A stretch of 63,692 nt of DNA, counting the filler, from Asterionella formosa (taxonomy: Eukaryota): assembly GCA_002256025.1 (NCBI GenBank). It is 26 parts of 26 records of this genome, joined end to end, with 100 filler letters (N's around TTAATTAATTAA, not from the genome) between each part and the next. Parts side by side here need not be neighbours in the genome. Positions count along the whole stretch, not along the records: positions 51,908 to 52,997 come from NKIB01004408.1; positions 53,098 to 54,187 come from NKIB01004409.1; positions 54,288 to 55,376 come from NKIB01004410.1; positions 55,477 to 56,564 come from NKIB01004411.1; positions 56,665 to 57,752 come from NKIB01004412.1; positions 57,853 to 58,940 come from NKIB01004413.1; positions 59,041 to 60,128 come from NKIB01004414.1; positions 60,229 to 61,316 come from NKIB01004415.1; 18 more parts are not named here. One strand, written 5' to 3'. A model generated the notes under the pieces. The model did not search any database. It was given only the letters and a program-made list of their open reading frames with translations, and was not told the origin of the DNA. The position numbers were made by a program, and so were the translations under genes. Shown one piece after another: positions 51,908 through 63,332 of this stretch; within the stretch, counting starts at the first letter, position 1; each line of letters opens with the position of its first letter.

Positions 51908-52997
51908 CCACAATATGTGATGAAATCAATGGCAGGTGTTGGCTGTCCCTCCCGCCGGCTTTGGCGAGTGGAGGCCCCCCCTCGGATGGGTAACACCCGA
52001 AAGGGAAGCCGCCACGGTCCCATCAGAATCTGCAACTCCGTCATCTTCATGTTGAAGTCTCCCATCATCACAATGGGATCTTCTGGAAACTCCCGATGCA
52101 GAGCGTCCAAGGCTCGGGGCAGGGCCCTGAGCACTCGGATGCGATCCGCTCTGCATGGGACATAAATTGTTCCCACAAGAATAGGCCTCAAGAGCGTGGC
52201 CCCATAGACTCTCGCAAAAGTCCAAAATGGTGTGGCCTTACCAACTGGGGTACAGTTGAATTTGGTCGACACCAGTATTGCCACACCTCGCTGCGACGCT
52301 GTCAGGTCCCCCATTGCTGTGAGGCAATGGTAACCTGGCAAACGAAGCTGCCAATCCGTTGATCGGAGCAGCGTCTCCTGCACCGCCATAACATCACACC
52401 GGGTTTGTTGCAACAGAAACCGAAGATCGGTTTTTTTCCGCTGCAGCCCGTTGATGTTAAGGGTGCCCACCACCAGTGGTGCCCCACAGCCATCTGGTGG
52501 TATCGTGGGCGTTGGGGGTCCGGGTGGGTTTATCTGAGCACCTGTGGCCGCAGGTGCCAAGCTTGGTCCCACCCTCTCCAAATACGGTATGTGGTGTCGG
52601 AAATACCACCCATACCGCGCCTTTCCAGGTTCCATCTTCCCCAAGAATGTAGCAACATAGGCGCTTGTTACCCAAATGTCGAATCTGATGCGTGCCTTGC
52701 ATTCCTGCCAGACCCGAACCACTTTCGTCACATGGTCAACAATCGTCGATGCACGACAGAGGTAAGAGAGGCGTTCCCAGAATATAGTGAGACTGCCCTC
52801 TTCCCCCCAAACACACAACTGGACTTGGTCATTTCGGACTGCATCCTGTCGTATGAGCCGCGCCGGGAGTCGTGTTGGAAACTCCCCATGTGGTCCCCTG
52901 TTCTCCCCTACTCTCTGGTCACCACCCTGTGGTCTCCCCATGCTTCCTTCTCCTCCTGGTTCCTTTTCCTCCTCTCCTTGTGTCCCCCCTTGGAAAG
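51908..52997 (-). mobile_element. Non-LTR retrotransposon (LINE) AP-endonuclease domain, partial
   Basis: TLNINGL, AVQET, GVAILV, TIYVP, MGDFN and IDFI: the APE/EEP motif series. Confidence 0.85.
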
Positions 52998-53478
52998 NNN
53001 NNNNNNNNNNNNNNNNNNNNNNNNNNNNNNNNNNNNNNNNNTTAATTAATTAANNNNNNNNNNNNNNNNNNNNNNNNNNNNNNNNNNNNNNNNNNNNTCC
53101 GTTGCCTCAAACTTGCTTGCCGTGTGCGTGCACACACTGTCGACTGGTTTTCAATGGTATGTTGTTCTTGTATTCACTGTTGAACTTGTCCGCATCTTTG
53201 TTACCATCAATAGAGCGACGCAGACGAAGTGGGTCTCTTCATTGTTGTTTGCTCCTGGAAAAGTCCGTGTCCATGTCCGTGTCATCCTCATCAATAGAGA
53301 GACAAGTTCTTTTTATCATTGCGGTTTGCCGCTGGAAAATTGGTACTCGTGGTATTGTCATTCGCTCGTTGGAACCACTGTCCGTTGCCTCAAACCTGAT
53401 TAGCGTGTGAGTATGTGCACTGTCGACTTTTGTACATTACAGGCAGAGTCACTTCGCTACTAAATTGCTATATATATG

Positions 53479-53685
53479 CTCAGATCCGTTCTTCCATTGC
53501 AAATCTTCCTTCAATAGGTCAAACTCGTCATCCTTGATCATTTGCCTTCCAGCGGCATCGTAGGACTGAAGCGCGTCCAGAAAGATACGCTCCTTTTCGG
53601 CTACTGGGAGACGAATGAGTTCCCCACTTTCCGGATCAACGACACAGTATTCCTTGTCAGGACTACTTTCGTTTTTGCTTGATTC
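53479..53685 (-). pseudogene. PGRL1: PGRL1 N-terminal exon fragment
   Basis: After acceptor catag: EYCVVDPESGELIRLPVAEKERIFLDALQSY..GRQMIKDDEFDLLKEDLQWKNGSE, then unrelated sequence and a stop. Confidence 0.75.
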
Positions 53686-53799
53686 CTATGGGGAAAGATG
53701 GAAGTAAGAATTTTTATTTACTCATAAATAGTTACTAACAAAATGGTTATTTGTTTTTAATTAAGTACAGCCATTTGCAAATAACCGGACGCTGGTGTC

Positions 53800-54187
53800 G
53801 TTTCTTTTGCTCCATCGACCGAGTTGGACAGAAGTGTCATGTTTATGACAAGTCTCTTCGTTCCAACCACTCCTCATATTCGAAACCCGTTTGATTCGTC
53901 GTTGTGGCAAGTTTTGTTGTGTTGCGCAGGAAGTCACAAATAGGCGGGAGACATCCATCGACCAAGTCGGACAGAAGTGTCAGGTCAGTTCTTGTCACGT
54001 CTCTTCGTTCCAACTCCTCTTATTCGAAACCGTTTGATACGGCGGGATACAACCTTCCTCGCTGTTTCCCAAGTCCAATGGTACCACCAGAATGCAGCAA
54101 AGTTTTCTTCCCATTCATGATCCTTGGGACTTCGTCATGTTGTGGCGTTCTACCCCCTGCTCCATAACCACAGCCACCCTGTCGCGG
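53800..54187 (-). pseudogene. Degenerate helicase-associated (HA) domain remnants with a ~143-nt tandem duplication
   Basis: DHEWEENF and two DTSV(R/Q)LGRW motifs. 53812-53898 resembles 53955-54041. Confidence 0.4.
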
Positions 54188-54288
54188 NNNNNNNNNNNNN
54201 NNNNNNNNNNNNNNNNNNNNNNNNNNNNNNNTTAATTAATTAANNNNNNNNNNNNNNNNNNNNNNNNNNNNNNNNNNNNNNNNNNNNT

Positions 54289-55330
54289 TTAGTTTGGTTT
54301 GAGATGAGAGGCAACAGTGTGCCATTTGGCGGAGCGAAAGGGGCTGGCAGTGGAGCAGCACAGCGCATGGTCATTGTATTTGGAAAGGGTGGAGCAGCGA
54401 AGACAGAGTGGGGTGGAGGATTTTCCACAGCGGTGGAGGATGGCTTGGGTGGGCCATTGGCCATTGATGAGTTTGAACATGACAAGTTTACGGCCATAGG
54501 AGAGGTGTTTGTGGGCATTCGAGGAGGATTCCCAGGCTACTGTGTTGGAGTTTACTGCGGTCCAGCCATGGCATTTTAAAAAATAAGCATATTGTTTAGG
54601 TTTGTGGTAGGTCTGCTGAGTGGTTATGTTGAGGTGGGAAGTGACATGGAGACCTTCAAGGAGAAGGGTCGCTGGGACATGGGGGGAGAGGTGAGGTGGG
54701 TTGGGAGAGAGGGTGGGTTCTTTGTAGGCAAGGTGCTGGGTGAGGGTATCGGCTTGGATATTGAGTTTCGCGGGGAGGATAAGTTTGGTGTATGGGGTGG
54801 TGTTGTCCTGGTGGCTTTGGACGTGTAAAGCTGTGAGGAGAAGAGGTAGAGTTTCGAGAACTTTCGAGGCAGACGAGATGAGATCCCAGTCAGGATTAAG
54901 GCAATGACAAATAGAACGGCAGCTGGGGAAGGAAAGGCGCTGAACTAGAGCTTGGTTGTCGATATGGGCACGAGCAGTGTATGGAGTGAGGGGGGAGAGA
55001 AGAGAATGATTGGTCAGTAGAGCTCTCAGAGCAAGGACAGCCCCTAGGAATCCACAGCATTCAGTCCGAAAGGAGGAGAGTTTGCTGGCAGTGGAAGAGG
55101 TGCAATTGTAGCCATAGAGCTGGATGCCAGCACTGCGGCAGCCATGAACGATCCAAGCAAAGGACCCATGGGATGAGCGGACAGTGCCAGCATCGGTGGC
55201 TATCTCGAAGTTGCTAGTCTGAATGTCATTGAGAAGGGGGAGCAGATCCGATGGAAAGGTGACGTGACCGATAAAATAGGTATCGAAGGTATAAAGAGAT
55301 GCTAAATAGGCAGAAAAGGAAGGATGATGG
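54289..55330 (-). mobile_element. Non-LTR retrotransposon C-terminal region: RNase H plus Cys/His finger
   Basis: About 345 open codons lacking an early start codon: IATDAG..GSFAWI..SSFRTECCG..HIDNQALV..DWDL..HVQSHQD..LNIQAD..CLRC..NDHALCC. Confidence 0.85.
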
Positions 55331-55592
55331 GGGTTGGGGGGGGGGGGGGAGGGGGGGGGGAGGGGGGGGGTGGGGGNNNNNNNNNNNNNNNNNNNNNNNN
55401 NNNNNNNNNNNNNNNNNNNNTTAATTAATTAANNNNNNNNNNNNNNNNNNNNNNNNNNNNNNNNNNNNNNNNNNNNTTGATCATAAAATTATGATGATTT
55501 ATGAAATGTATATGATATAATTTTGATCAAAATATGATCATGTAAAAATAGTACAATGACAATAAAATACGATAAAATATGTACGCAAGTGT

Positions 55593-55716
55593 TACCAAGA
55601 CATCATAGAAAATAAATCAAGCAATCATAAAGTATGTTAATTAATATATTTGTTTGTCGTTTAATATATACAGTTAAAGTCAACAGTTAATATGATAGCA
55701 TTATACAGTGGATAGG
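55593..55716 (+). repeat. Dispersed AT-rich repeat; copy at ~63193-63318
   Basis: taccaagacatcatagaaaa...tatacagtggatag is shared. Confidence 0.9.
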
Positions 55717-56269
55717 ATCTAAGTATACGGATGCATTGATATGTACATCATTATAATATGATTTGTGATATGGATTGATGCATATCACATACCGGTATCC
55801 TCAACAACCAGCCATCACGTTCATTGTTGTGTTGTCTTTCGTTGTTTTAGCTATATATGTGCCAGCATGTTTATTGTGTAAACACTACGCTGGCAGAACA
55901 TGCATATTACACTGTGCTCTGTTCAACAATTACTACACTCGGTTACCATCACACCAGTTCCACCTCCACAGGCGCCGCAATAAGCTCCGCGAAAAGCTCC
56001 GCGTTTCCCTTCCACTGTTATACATCATTGTCTTCTGGCCCTTCGACAACTTTCCAAATGGCATTTCATGGATTTCATGGAAAGGATCAGTCAAACAAGA
56101 AACGAGACTTACTTCCATTGTTTACACTACACGACTTTATGTTTTCGGAAAAGAAGATGAAGAAATTTATGAAATCAATCGAAGATTCCTTTGAATACAC
56201 TCAAAGATCAAATGAATTTGAACAGATTCATAATACTCCAGAAAAAATAATGAAGAATGCCGATACAAT

Positions 56270-56564
56270 ACCTTCCATCAAAATATTTCATTGCTTTTGC
56301 CTTGAACAGCCATTTCATTAGATGATCAAAGTAAACTGGTGGAAGATTCTTCTCGTTGAGGAATAACATGAGTTTTAATTCAATTGGATGCATGTTCAGA
56401 GAATGTTTACTTTGAAGTTGAAATTGAGGAGGAAGGGGCATTTCCATTGCATTTTCAGGGAGAAAGCCGGTGCGATCTTGAAAATCTGAATATTGCATGG
56501 TTTCTGAATTCAACCCTTGGACAGTTTTTAGTCTCAATTGTTCGTCCTGTTGTGACTGAATATT
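56270..56564 (-). mobile_element. Third fragment of the Plavaka-like element
   Basis: Matches ~34180-34478 (VYFDHLMKWLFKAKAMKYFDGRY). Confidence 0.75.
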
Positions 56565-56912
56565 NNNNNNNNNNNNNNNNNNNNNNNNNNNNNNNNNNNN
56601 NNNNNNNNTTAATTAATTAANNNNNNNNNNNNNNNNNNNNNNNNNNNNNNNNNNNNNNNNNNNNCACAGCTTGTGTGCCGACATTTGCATCCAAAGCTTC
56701 TCTGTGCCTGTTCCAGGACTCCATCCACCTCAAGGATGGGCTTTTCTTGTCAGCTTGATTCCTGGAGCACTAAATCCCCCATTTGCCAATCACTACTTGC
56801 CACTCCCCTATCATCTGCTACCCCAACTGCCATCTTGGAAATCACCAAACTTCATGCCACTAAGGACTTTGAACAATCATCTCAAAGCATCAACCTTTGA
56901 TATGATTTACAA

Positions 56913-57752
56913 TTATGGCCATTGTAGACTATTGAGACAGGGAATGCTGTTTTTGCAAAGTGCAACAACTGTGATTGGCCCTTGAATTTTCGGAATATGG
57001 CATTGCACAGAATTGGCAATTCTTTGTTCAGGACTTAAATAAAGCAAATACACCTTCTTAAGCTTTGTATGCCATCCAGCCATGTCACACATTGCTGTAA
57101 ACTTTTGCAACACATTGTGGTGCTTTGAAATATGAACCTGAACACCACACACACTTTGGCCACACTTCAAGATCAGATCAATCGCCGGAAAATTGGAGTT
57201 TCGGGGTACATACATTCCATCCTTTTTCATTGATATTGGCAGCCTATATGAGGAATCGTACATACATGAAGGAAAGGTTGCAATGAGATTGCATTCTTCC
57301 AAAGGGAACAAAATTTCCAAAGTTAAATTTGCATTGAGTGAACAGCGATTGATTACAAGGAGTTCAAAAATCCGATCACGAACATCATTTTTCAATGCAG
57401 GGTTGGTACAGATATCCAAAGGTACTTTTTCTTTGTTATGGACAAACGCCATAATGTCCTCCCAAAAGAAGCGGCGATAGGCTTCTATCACCAAAGGATA
57501 TAATGGTTCATAGTAATAAAACTTCATTCCCTTGCCAGGAATTGAATTCTTCCGGTCATAATAAAAGCGATTCCCTGATGTTGATAAAAAGCAACCAACA
57601 GCTGATGCTGTGATACGAACAAAAAAATAAGGCAGTATCTGTTCTTTTTATTTTCCGAGAGAATTTAGAATTGAGGACAATTCATCCTCTTCATAGTCAT
57701 AAATAAAGAACTTGAAGGAAATCAGATTCCTCACCTGCAAGGGCACCCCACC
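56913..57752 (-). pseudogene. Crinkler/RHS-type (CR) NTPase-REase effector-like gene, C-terminal part, copy A; in-frame TAA at 57648-57650
   Basis: GGVPLQV, RIFELLV and YVPRNSNFPAIDLI..GVQVHISKH (PD-(D/E)xK-like REase of CR proteins). Confidence 0.65.
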
Positions 57753-58100
57753 NNNNNNNNNNNNNNNNNNNNNNNNNNNNNNNNNNNNNNNNNNNNTTAA
57801 TTAATTAANNNNNNNNNNNNNNNNNNNNNNNNNNNNNNNNNNNNNNNNNNNNCACAGCTTGTGTGCCGACATTTGCATCCAAAGCTTCTCTGTGCCTGTT
57901 CCAGGACTCCATCCACCTCAAGGATGGGCTTTTCTTGTCAGCTTGATTCCTGGAGCACTAAATCCCCCATTTGCCAATCCCTACTTGCCACTCCCCTATC
58001 ATCTGTTACCCCAACTGCCATCTTGGAAATCACCAAACTTCATGCCACTAAGGACTTTGAACAATCATCTCAAAGCATCAACCTTTGATATGATTAACAA

Positions 58101-58940
58101 TTATGGCCATTGTAGACTTTTGAGACAGGGAATGCTGTTTTTGCAAAGTGCAACAACTGTGATTGGCCCCTGAATTTTCGGAATATGGAATTGAACAGAA
58201 TTGGCAATTCTTTGTTCAGGACTTAAATAAAGCAAATACACCTTCTTAAGCTTTGTATGCCATCCAGCCATGTCACACATTGCTGTAAACTTTTGCAACA
58301 CAGTGTGGTGCTTTGAAATATGAACCTGAACACCACACACACTTTGGCCACACTTCCAGATCAGATCAATCGCCGGAAACTTGGAGTTTCGGGGTAGATA
58401 CATTCCATCCTTTTCCATTGATATTGGCAGCTTATATGAGTAATCGTACATACATGAAGGAAAGGTTGCAATGAGATTGCATTCTTCCAAAGGGAACAAA
58501 ATTTCCAAAGTTACATTTGCATCGAGTGAACAGCGATTGATTACAAGGAGTTCAAAAATCCGATCACGAACATCATTTTTCAATGCAGGGTTGGTACAGA
58601 CATCCAAAAGTACTTTTTCGTTGTTATGGACAAACGCCATAATGTCCTCCCAAAAGAAGCGGCGATAGGCTTCTATCACCAATGGATATAATGGTTCATA
58701 GTAATAAACCTTCATTCCCTTGCCAGGAATTGAATTCTTCCGGTCATAATAAAAGCGATTCCCTGATTTTGATAAAACGCAACCAACAGCTGATGCTGTG
58801 ATACGAACGAAATAATAAGGCAGTATCTGTTCTTTTTATTTTCCGAGAGAATTTAGAATTGAGGACAATTCATCCTCTTCATAGTCATAAATAAAGAACT
58901 TGAAGGAAATCAGATTCCTCACCTGCAAGGGCACCCCACC
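58101..58940 (-). pseudogene. CR NTPase-REase effector-like gene, copy B (allele or paralogue)
   Basis: Same contig ends and length as copy A, same in-frame stop, 15 aa differences in 204 aa. Confidence 0.65.
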
Positions 58941-59040
58941 NNNNNNNNNNNNNNNNNNNNNNNNNNNNNNNNNNNNNNNNNNNNTTAATTAATTAANNNN
59001 NNNNNNNNNNNNNNNNNNNNNNNNNNNNNNNNNNNNNNNN

Positions 59041-60128
59041 TTCCCTGACTTGCACACTGGGAGTAGACAACGTATCAAGGCCATTATGACAACCGATGCC
59101 TTCCATGACAGGTGTAGGCGACGTATCATCAGTAGCTGTAGTACCAAGAAAGGATTGATGTATATCTTGAAGGCGTTCGTCCTCTGAAGCAGAAGGGTGA
59201 AAAGCAGTGGACGATGTGTTTCCAATGAAAGTGGATCTTCTGACTTCAGTCGATTCAACACCAGCAGTGGCTGCAACAGCGTCACCCTTATCGTGATCTC
59301 CTTGAACATCTTTGGAATGCTCGGTGAAAATGATTGTAGGTTCATAGAACGAAAAAATTGTGCTCTTCTGGGAAGATTTTGTATATTCTCCACCTTCCTC
59401 GCTTGTACATGTAATAGCCAAAGTACTCGTGCCTTCGTGACAACCATTGCAATTGTTGACGACGGTCAGCGGCGTATCATCGGCAGCAGCAGCAGTGTCT
59501 CTAAACACTTCAGCCACAATGTTATCGTCACGTTCATGCACCGACGTAGAAGGGGGAGGAGAAGCAGTCGATGTTTTCTCATCAATGGAAATGGCCTTTC
59601 TGACATTATTGGATTCAGCAGTTATAGCGGTTGCAACACTGCCACTGTCCGCGTCACCTCCATGAACATCACGCTCCACGTCATCGCCGTGATCAGCTTC
59701 TGAATGCTTCGTGGACGTGCTTGAGGGTTCATAGAATGCAAAAATGGTCGCGGTCCTCTTCGGGGAGAATATGGCGTGTTCAAGCGACTCACTGACACTT
59801 TCACATTCAACTGTTCCAGCTGTGTCAGTATATTCCCTGACTTGCACACTGGGAGTAGACAACGTATCAAGGCCATTATGACAACCGATGCCTTCCATGA
59901 CAGGTGTAGGCGACGTATCATCAGTAGCTGTAGTATCAAGAAAGGATTGATGTATATCTTGAAGGCGTTCGTCCTCTGAAGCAGAAGGGTGAAAAGCAGT
60001 GGACGATGTGTTTCCAATGAAAGTGGATCTTCTGACTTCAGTCGATTCAACACCAGCAGTGGCTGCAACAGCGTCACCCTTATCGTGATCTCCTTGAACA
60101 TCTTTGGAATGCTCGGTGAAAATGATTG
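59041..60128 (-). CDS. Internal part of an acidic Ser/Thr-rich tandem-repeat protein (792-nt/264-aa period)
   Basis: The frame is open across the contig. 59041-59336 equals 59833-60128 except for one base. Confidence 0.65.
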
Positions 60129-60648
60129 NNNNNNNNNNNNNNNNNNNNNNNNNNNNNNNNNNNNNNNNNNNNTTAATTAATTAANNNNNNNNNNNNNNNN
60201 NNNNNNNNNNNNNNNNNNNNNNNNNNNNTGACAGGGAAGAAGCAGATAAGGTGGTCGATGCTCTTAATGAACAGAGATCGAAACTGAATAAGCTACTGTA
60301 GTCGTTGCGATTGTAGTTATTACTATGGAACAAGACATTCTCATCGGCTTCCCTTTCAACGAAATTATTGTTGTACATTATTTTATGCTTCGCTAATACG
60401 GATGTATTTGCGCGATATGGCTTATTGTTCATTGTCTTGTTAGGCTGCTTTCTTCTAACATTTGCTCTTGGTGAGCTTCATCCGTTTACAATTCTTAATG
60501 TAGAAGAAAGTTAACAAAAAGCAAGTGGCAGCGTACAAAGAATTACCCACAATATTATTTCCAAAAACGGACTATCGGTACTACTATTTAATGCTTCATT
60601 TAAGCTAGTATTCCTTTGTACAATACTCACATGGTTCCGAAAATACAT

Positions 60649-61316
60649 CTATGCAGCAATCTGTTCCTTGGCAGCAGCCTCGCGCTCCAAAAGAACACGC
60701 TTATAGTCGTGCGGGAAGACCTTGACGAAGCTGCCCACTCTCTGGTCAAAGTTGTCAAGCATGGTCTGTCCCAGGTCACTGTTGGTATTCTCCACGTGTT
60801 CCTTAATGAAGTTGTAAAGCTCTTCCTTTTCATCGGGACTTTCCACAGGATAGAGACCCACAAGACCCATGTTGCAACGGGCGGGGAACTTTCCGTCAGG
60901 ATCGTAAATATACGCGATGCCTCCGCTCATCCCGGCACCAAAGTTACGTCCGGTCTCGCCAAGACACACGACAATACCTCCCGTCATGTACTCACAGCCG
61001 TGATCACCAAGTCCCTCGACGACCGCAAGAGCACCCGAGTTACGTACACAGAAACGTTCACCAGCCTTTCCGTTGAAAAAGGCCTTGCCAGCAGTAGCAC
61101 CGTACAAACAAACGTTACCAACCACGACGTGCTCTTCAGGCTTAAATCCACTCTTGATGACACCTGGCTGTGGGAACACTGCAATCTTCCCTCCAGAAAG
61201 ACCTTTTCCGGTGTAATCATTGGCATCTCCCTCCACAGTCATCGTAATTCCCTTGGCGAGAGTGAAAGCCATGGACTGACCTCCATGTCCCTTCAAATTT
61301 ATTTTGATGGTATCAT
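60649..61316 (-). CDS. gltB: Glutamate synthase large-subunit/Fd-GOGAT C-terminal GXGXG domain (5' partial)
   Basis: GDANDYTGKGLSGG, AGERFCVRNSGA, GDHGCEYMTGG, GRNFGAGMSGG. Ends without a fused small subunit. Confidence 0.95.
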
Positions 61317-62604
61317 NNNNNNNNNNNNNNNNNNNNNNNNNNNNNNNNNNNNNNNNNNNNTTAATTAATTAANNNNNNNNNNNNNNNNNNNNNNNNNNNN
61401 NNNNNNNNNNNNNNNNTGTACTGTGCGTATACTGGTAAGTAAAATAATCAGCAGGCAGTACTGGTGCCTTTATAGTGTCATCCTGCCTGCCATCGTCATT
61501 AACCAAGACTATAATCCAGTACATATTTAAATACATGCCTTTGGACGTAGCTAGAGTAATTTAAATCTACTTCTTTTGCTTAAACAAGAGCCATGAGTAG
61601 TACATACTCCTGATTTATATATCTGTTTTGGCGTGGAGTAATCGCAAAGTAACAATGATATTTTTTTGAGTTTTTGCGCTTGTATGTTTTGACGTAGAAA
61701 CAGCATGTAGCAGAAATGTTTCATCACAATGAAGCTAGACAAAGCTACACATATATACAAAGGTTTGTCATAATGATGAGCTTGATTCAAACAAGAATTA
61801 CTCTACTGCTAACATTTACTAGCGAATAAGACACACCGTCATACCATGATTCATTAAAAATATGCTATATATTCTGATCCCACAATAATGTTCCTATTTT
61901 AGTGTAGACAAACTCATTAACATTCACACAAAGTCTCCAATGAATCCAAATAGACAGGCCTGTTGCCTGTAGTAATTGTTGCATGTGTAAGTAATCAGTT
62001 TTCATTCAGTGTATTGAGCCATTAAGATCTAATTCTTTCAAAGTCATTAAGATTGTTGCTCACCAAGTGGTGGCTTACAGTGCGTGCTTGCTCTCCTTCT
62101 TTCTCATCATTGAATTCTCATCATCGTTATAAAGCTCTAGAACCTGCAATAACTTCTTGTCGATGTACTTGGGCCTTGCACATTGCCTTTCCTGCCCAGA
62201 AAAAGTACAAAAATCTGTGCCATCCTTGATGAGGAGAGCATTGATGGCATCCAACAGCTTTTGCCCAAAATATCCTCCACAACAGCCAGTTTGATCCTGA
62301 TATCATCATCCTGCTCAATCATGGCATTTGCCGCAGCATTTGTGTTGCTCCCCATAGCTCCCATTACTGGAAACATTTAGTCCAAACAACTCCCCATTGC
62401 AATGGGAACTAAAGTTATAGCTATAATGGCAAATATTTTAAAGATATCATTTTTCGAAATTAACCCCAAAAAATTGGTAGGTTTGACCTTGAGTGCAACA
62501 AATANNNNNNNNNNNNNNNNNNNNNNNNNNNNNNNNNNNNNNNNNNNNTTAATTAATTAANNNNNNNNNNNNNNNNNNNNNNNNNNNNNNNNNNNNNNNN
62601 NNNN

Positions 62605-62751
62605 ACCAGGTACCTGATGCCAGGAACATGGTATCAGCCTACCGGCGGTACCTGGTACCTGGTACCAGGTACCGGTAACTGAATTTGTGTGGAGCGATAT
62701 ACATACCGGTTCTGGTACCTGGTACCAGGTACCAGTACTGGTACCGGTACC
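62605..62751. repeat. Array of TA-CCWGG / TA-CCGG palindromic units
   Basis: ggtacctggtacctggtaccaggtaccggta and ggtacctggtaccaggtaccagtactggtaccggtacc. Similar arrays at ~1898, 8030, 9054, 21977, 23642 and 41027. Confidence 0.9.
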
Positions 62752-63332
62752 TTCCTTTGCGTCGTCATTCTTGCTCTATGACATGTGTATTTTAGTGCCG
62801 ATGCAAGAAAAACAGTGCCGTCATGGTGGGCGATCTGTTCAAATGAATCTTCACAAATCATCGTGATCAGTAGTCTAATAATACCGGTAATAATAATGAG
62901 AATATTATTTCCGGTACACTTTTGCACTTATGTTCATGAAATAAATAAATAAACCTATAAAATGTAAAGTACAAACAAACCATCCACATGCGAAATCTTG
63001 ATGCTTTTTTAAATATCGCATCTAACGCTTGTCTTATTGCGCGCTTGTTCGTACAATCCCTCGTGATGAGCGATCCCCACCACATCTACGAAAAAAAGGC
63101 TGGCTCCCTGTGGTCCAACCTCGATTAGCGTGTGAGTACCGGCATATGCACTGTCGACTTTAGTACAATACAGGCGGAGTGACTTCGCTACTACCAAGAC
63201 ATCATAGAAAATTAATCAAGCAATCATAAAGTATGTTAATTAATATATGTGTTTGTCGTTTAATGTATACAGTTAAAGTCAACAGTTAGCTAATATGATA
63301 GTATTATACAGTGGATAGCAAGTGTTGGTCGA

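Noticed and set aside
55330..55376. G-quadruplex or poly-G element
   Set aside because: Lies at a contig end and may be a poly-Pro codon run or a sequencing artefact.
56665..58940. Tandem gene duplication
   Set aside because: The copies are separate contigs with identical ends (assembly bubble), so adjacency is artificial.
60616..61368. 250-aa plus-strand ORF
   Set aside because: Antisense shadow of glutamate synthase. The same applies to the many short ORFs opposite RIC1, the ankyrin genes and the LINE.
1092..62604. Regularly spaced TTAATTAATTAA motif with ~1190-nt period
   Set aside because: Artificial linker between concatenated contigs of similar length. ORFs containing X runs or ending LIN/N are artefacts.
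62605..62751. Telomeric repeat or restriction-site (KpnI/Dcm) cloning artefact
   Set aside because: Units switch orientation, vary in core and are scattered inside many contigs. No vector sequence is recognisable.
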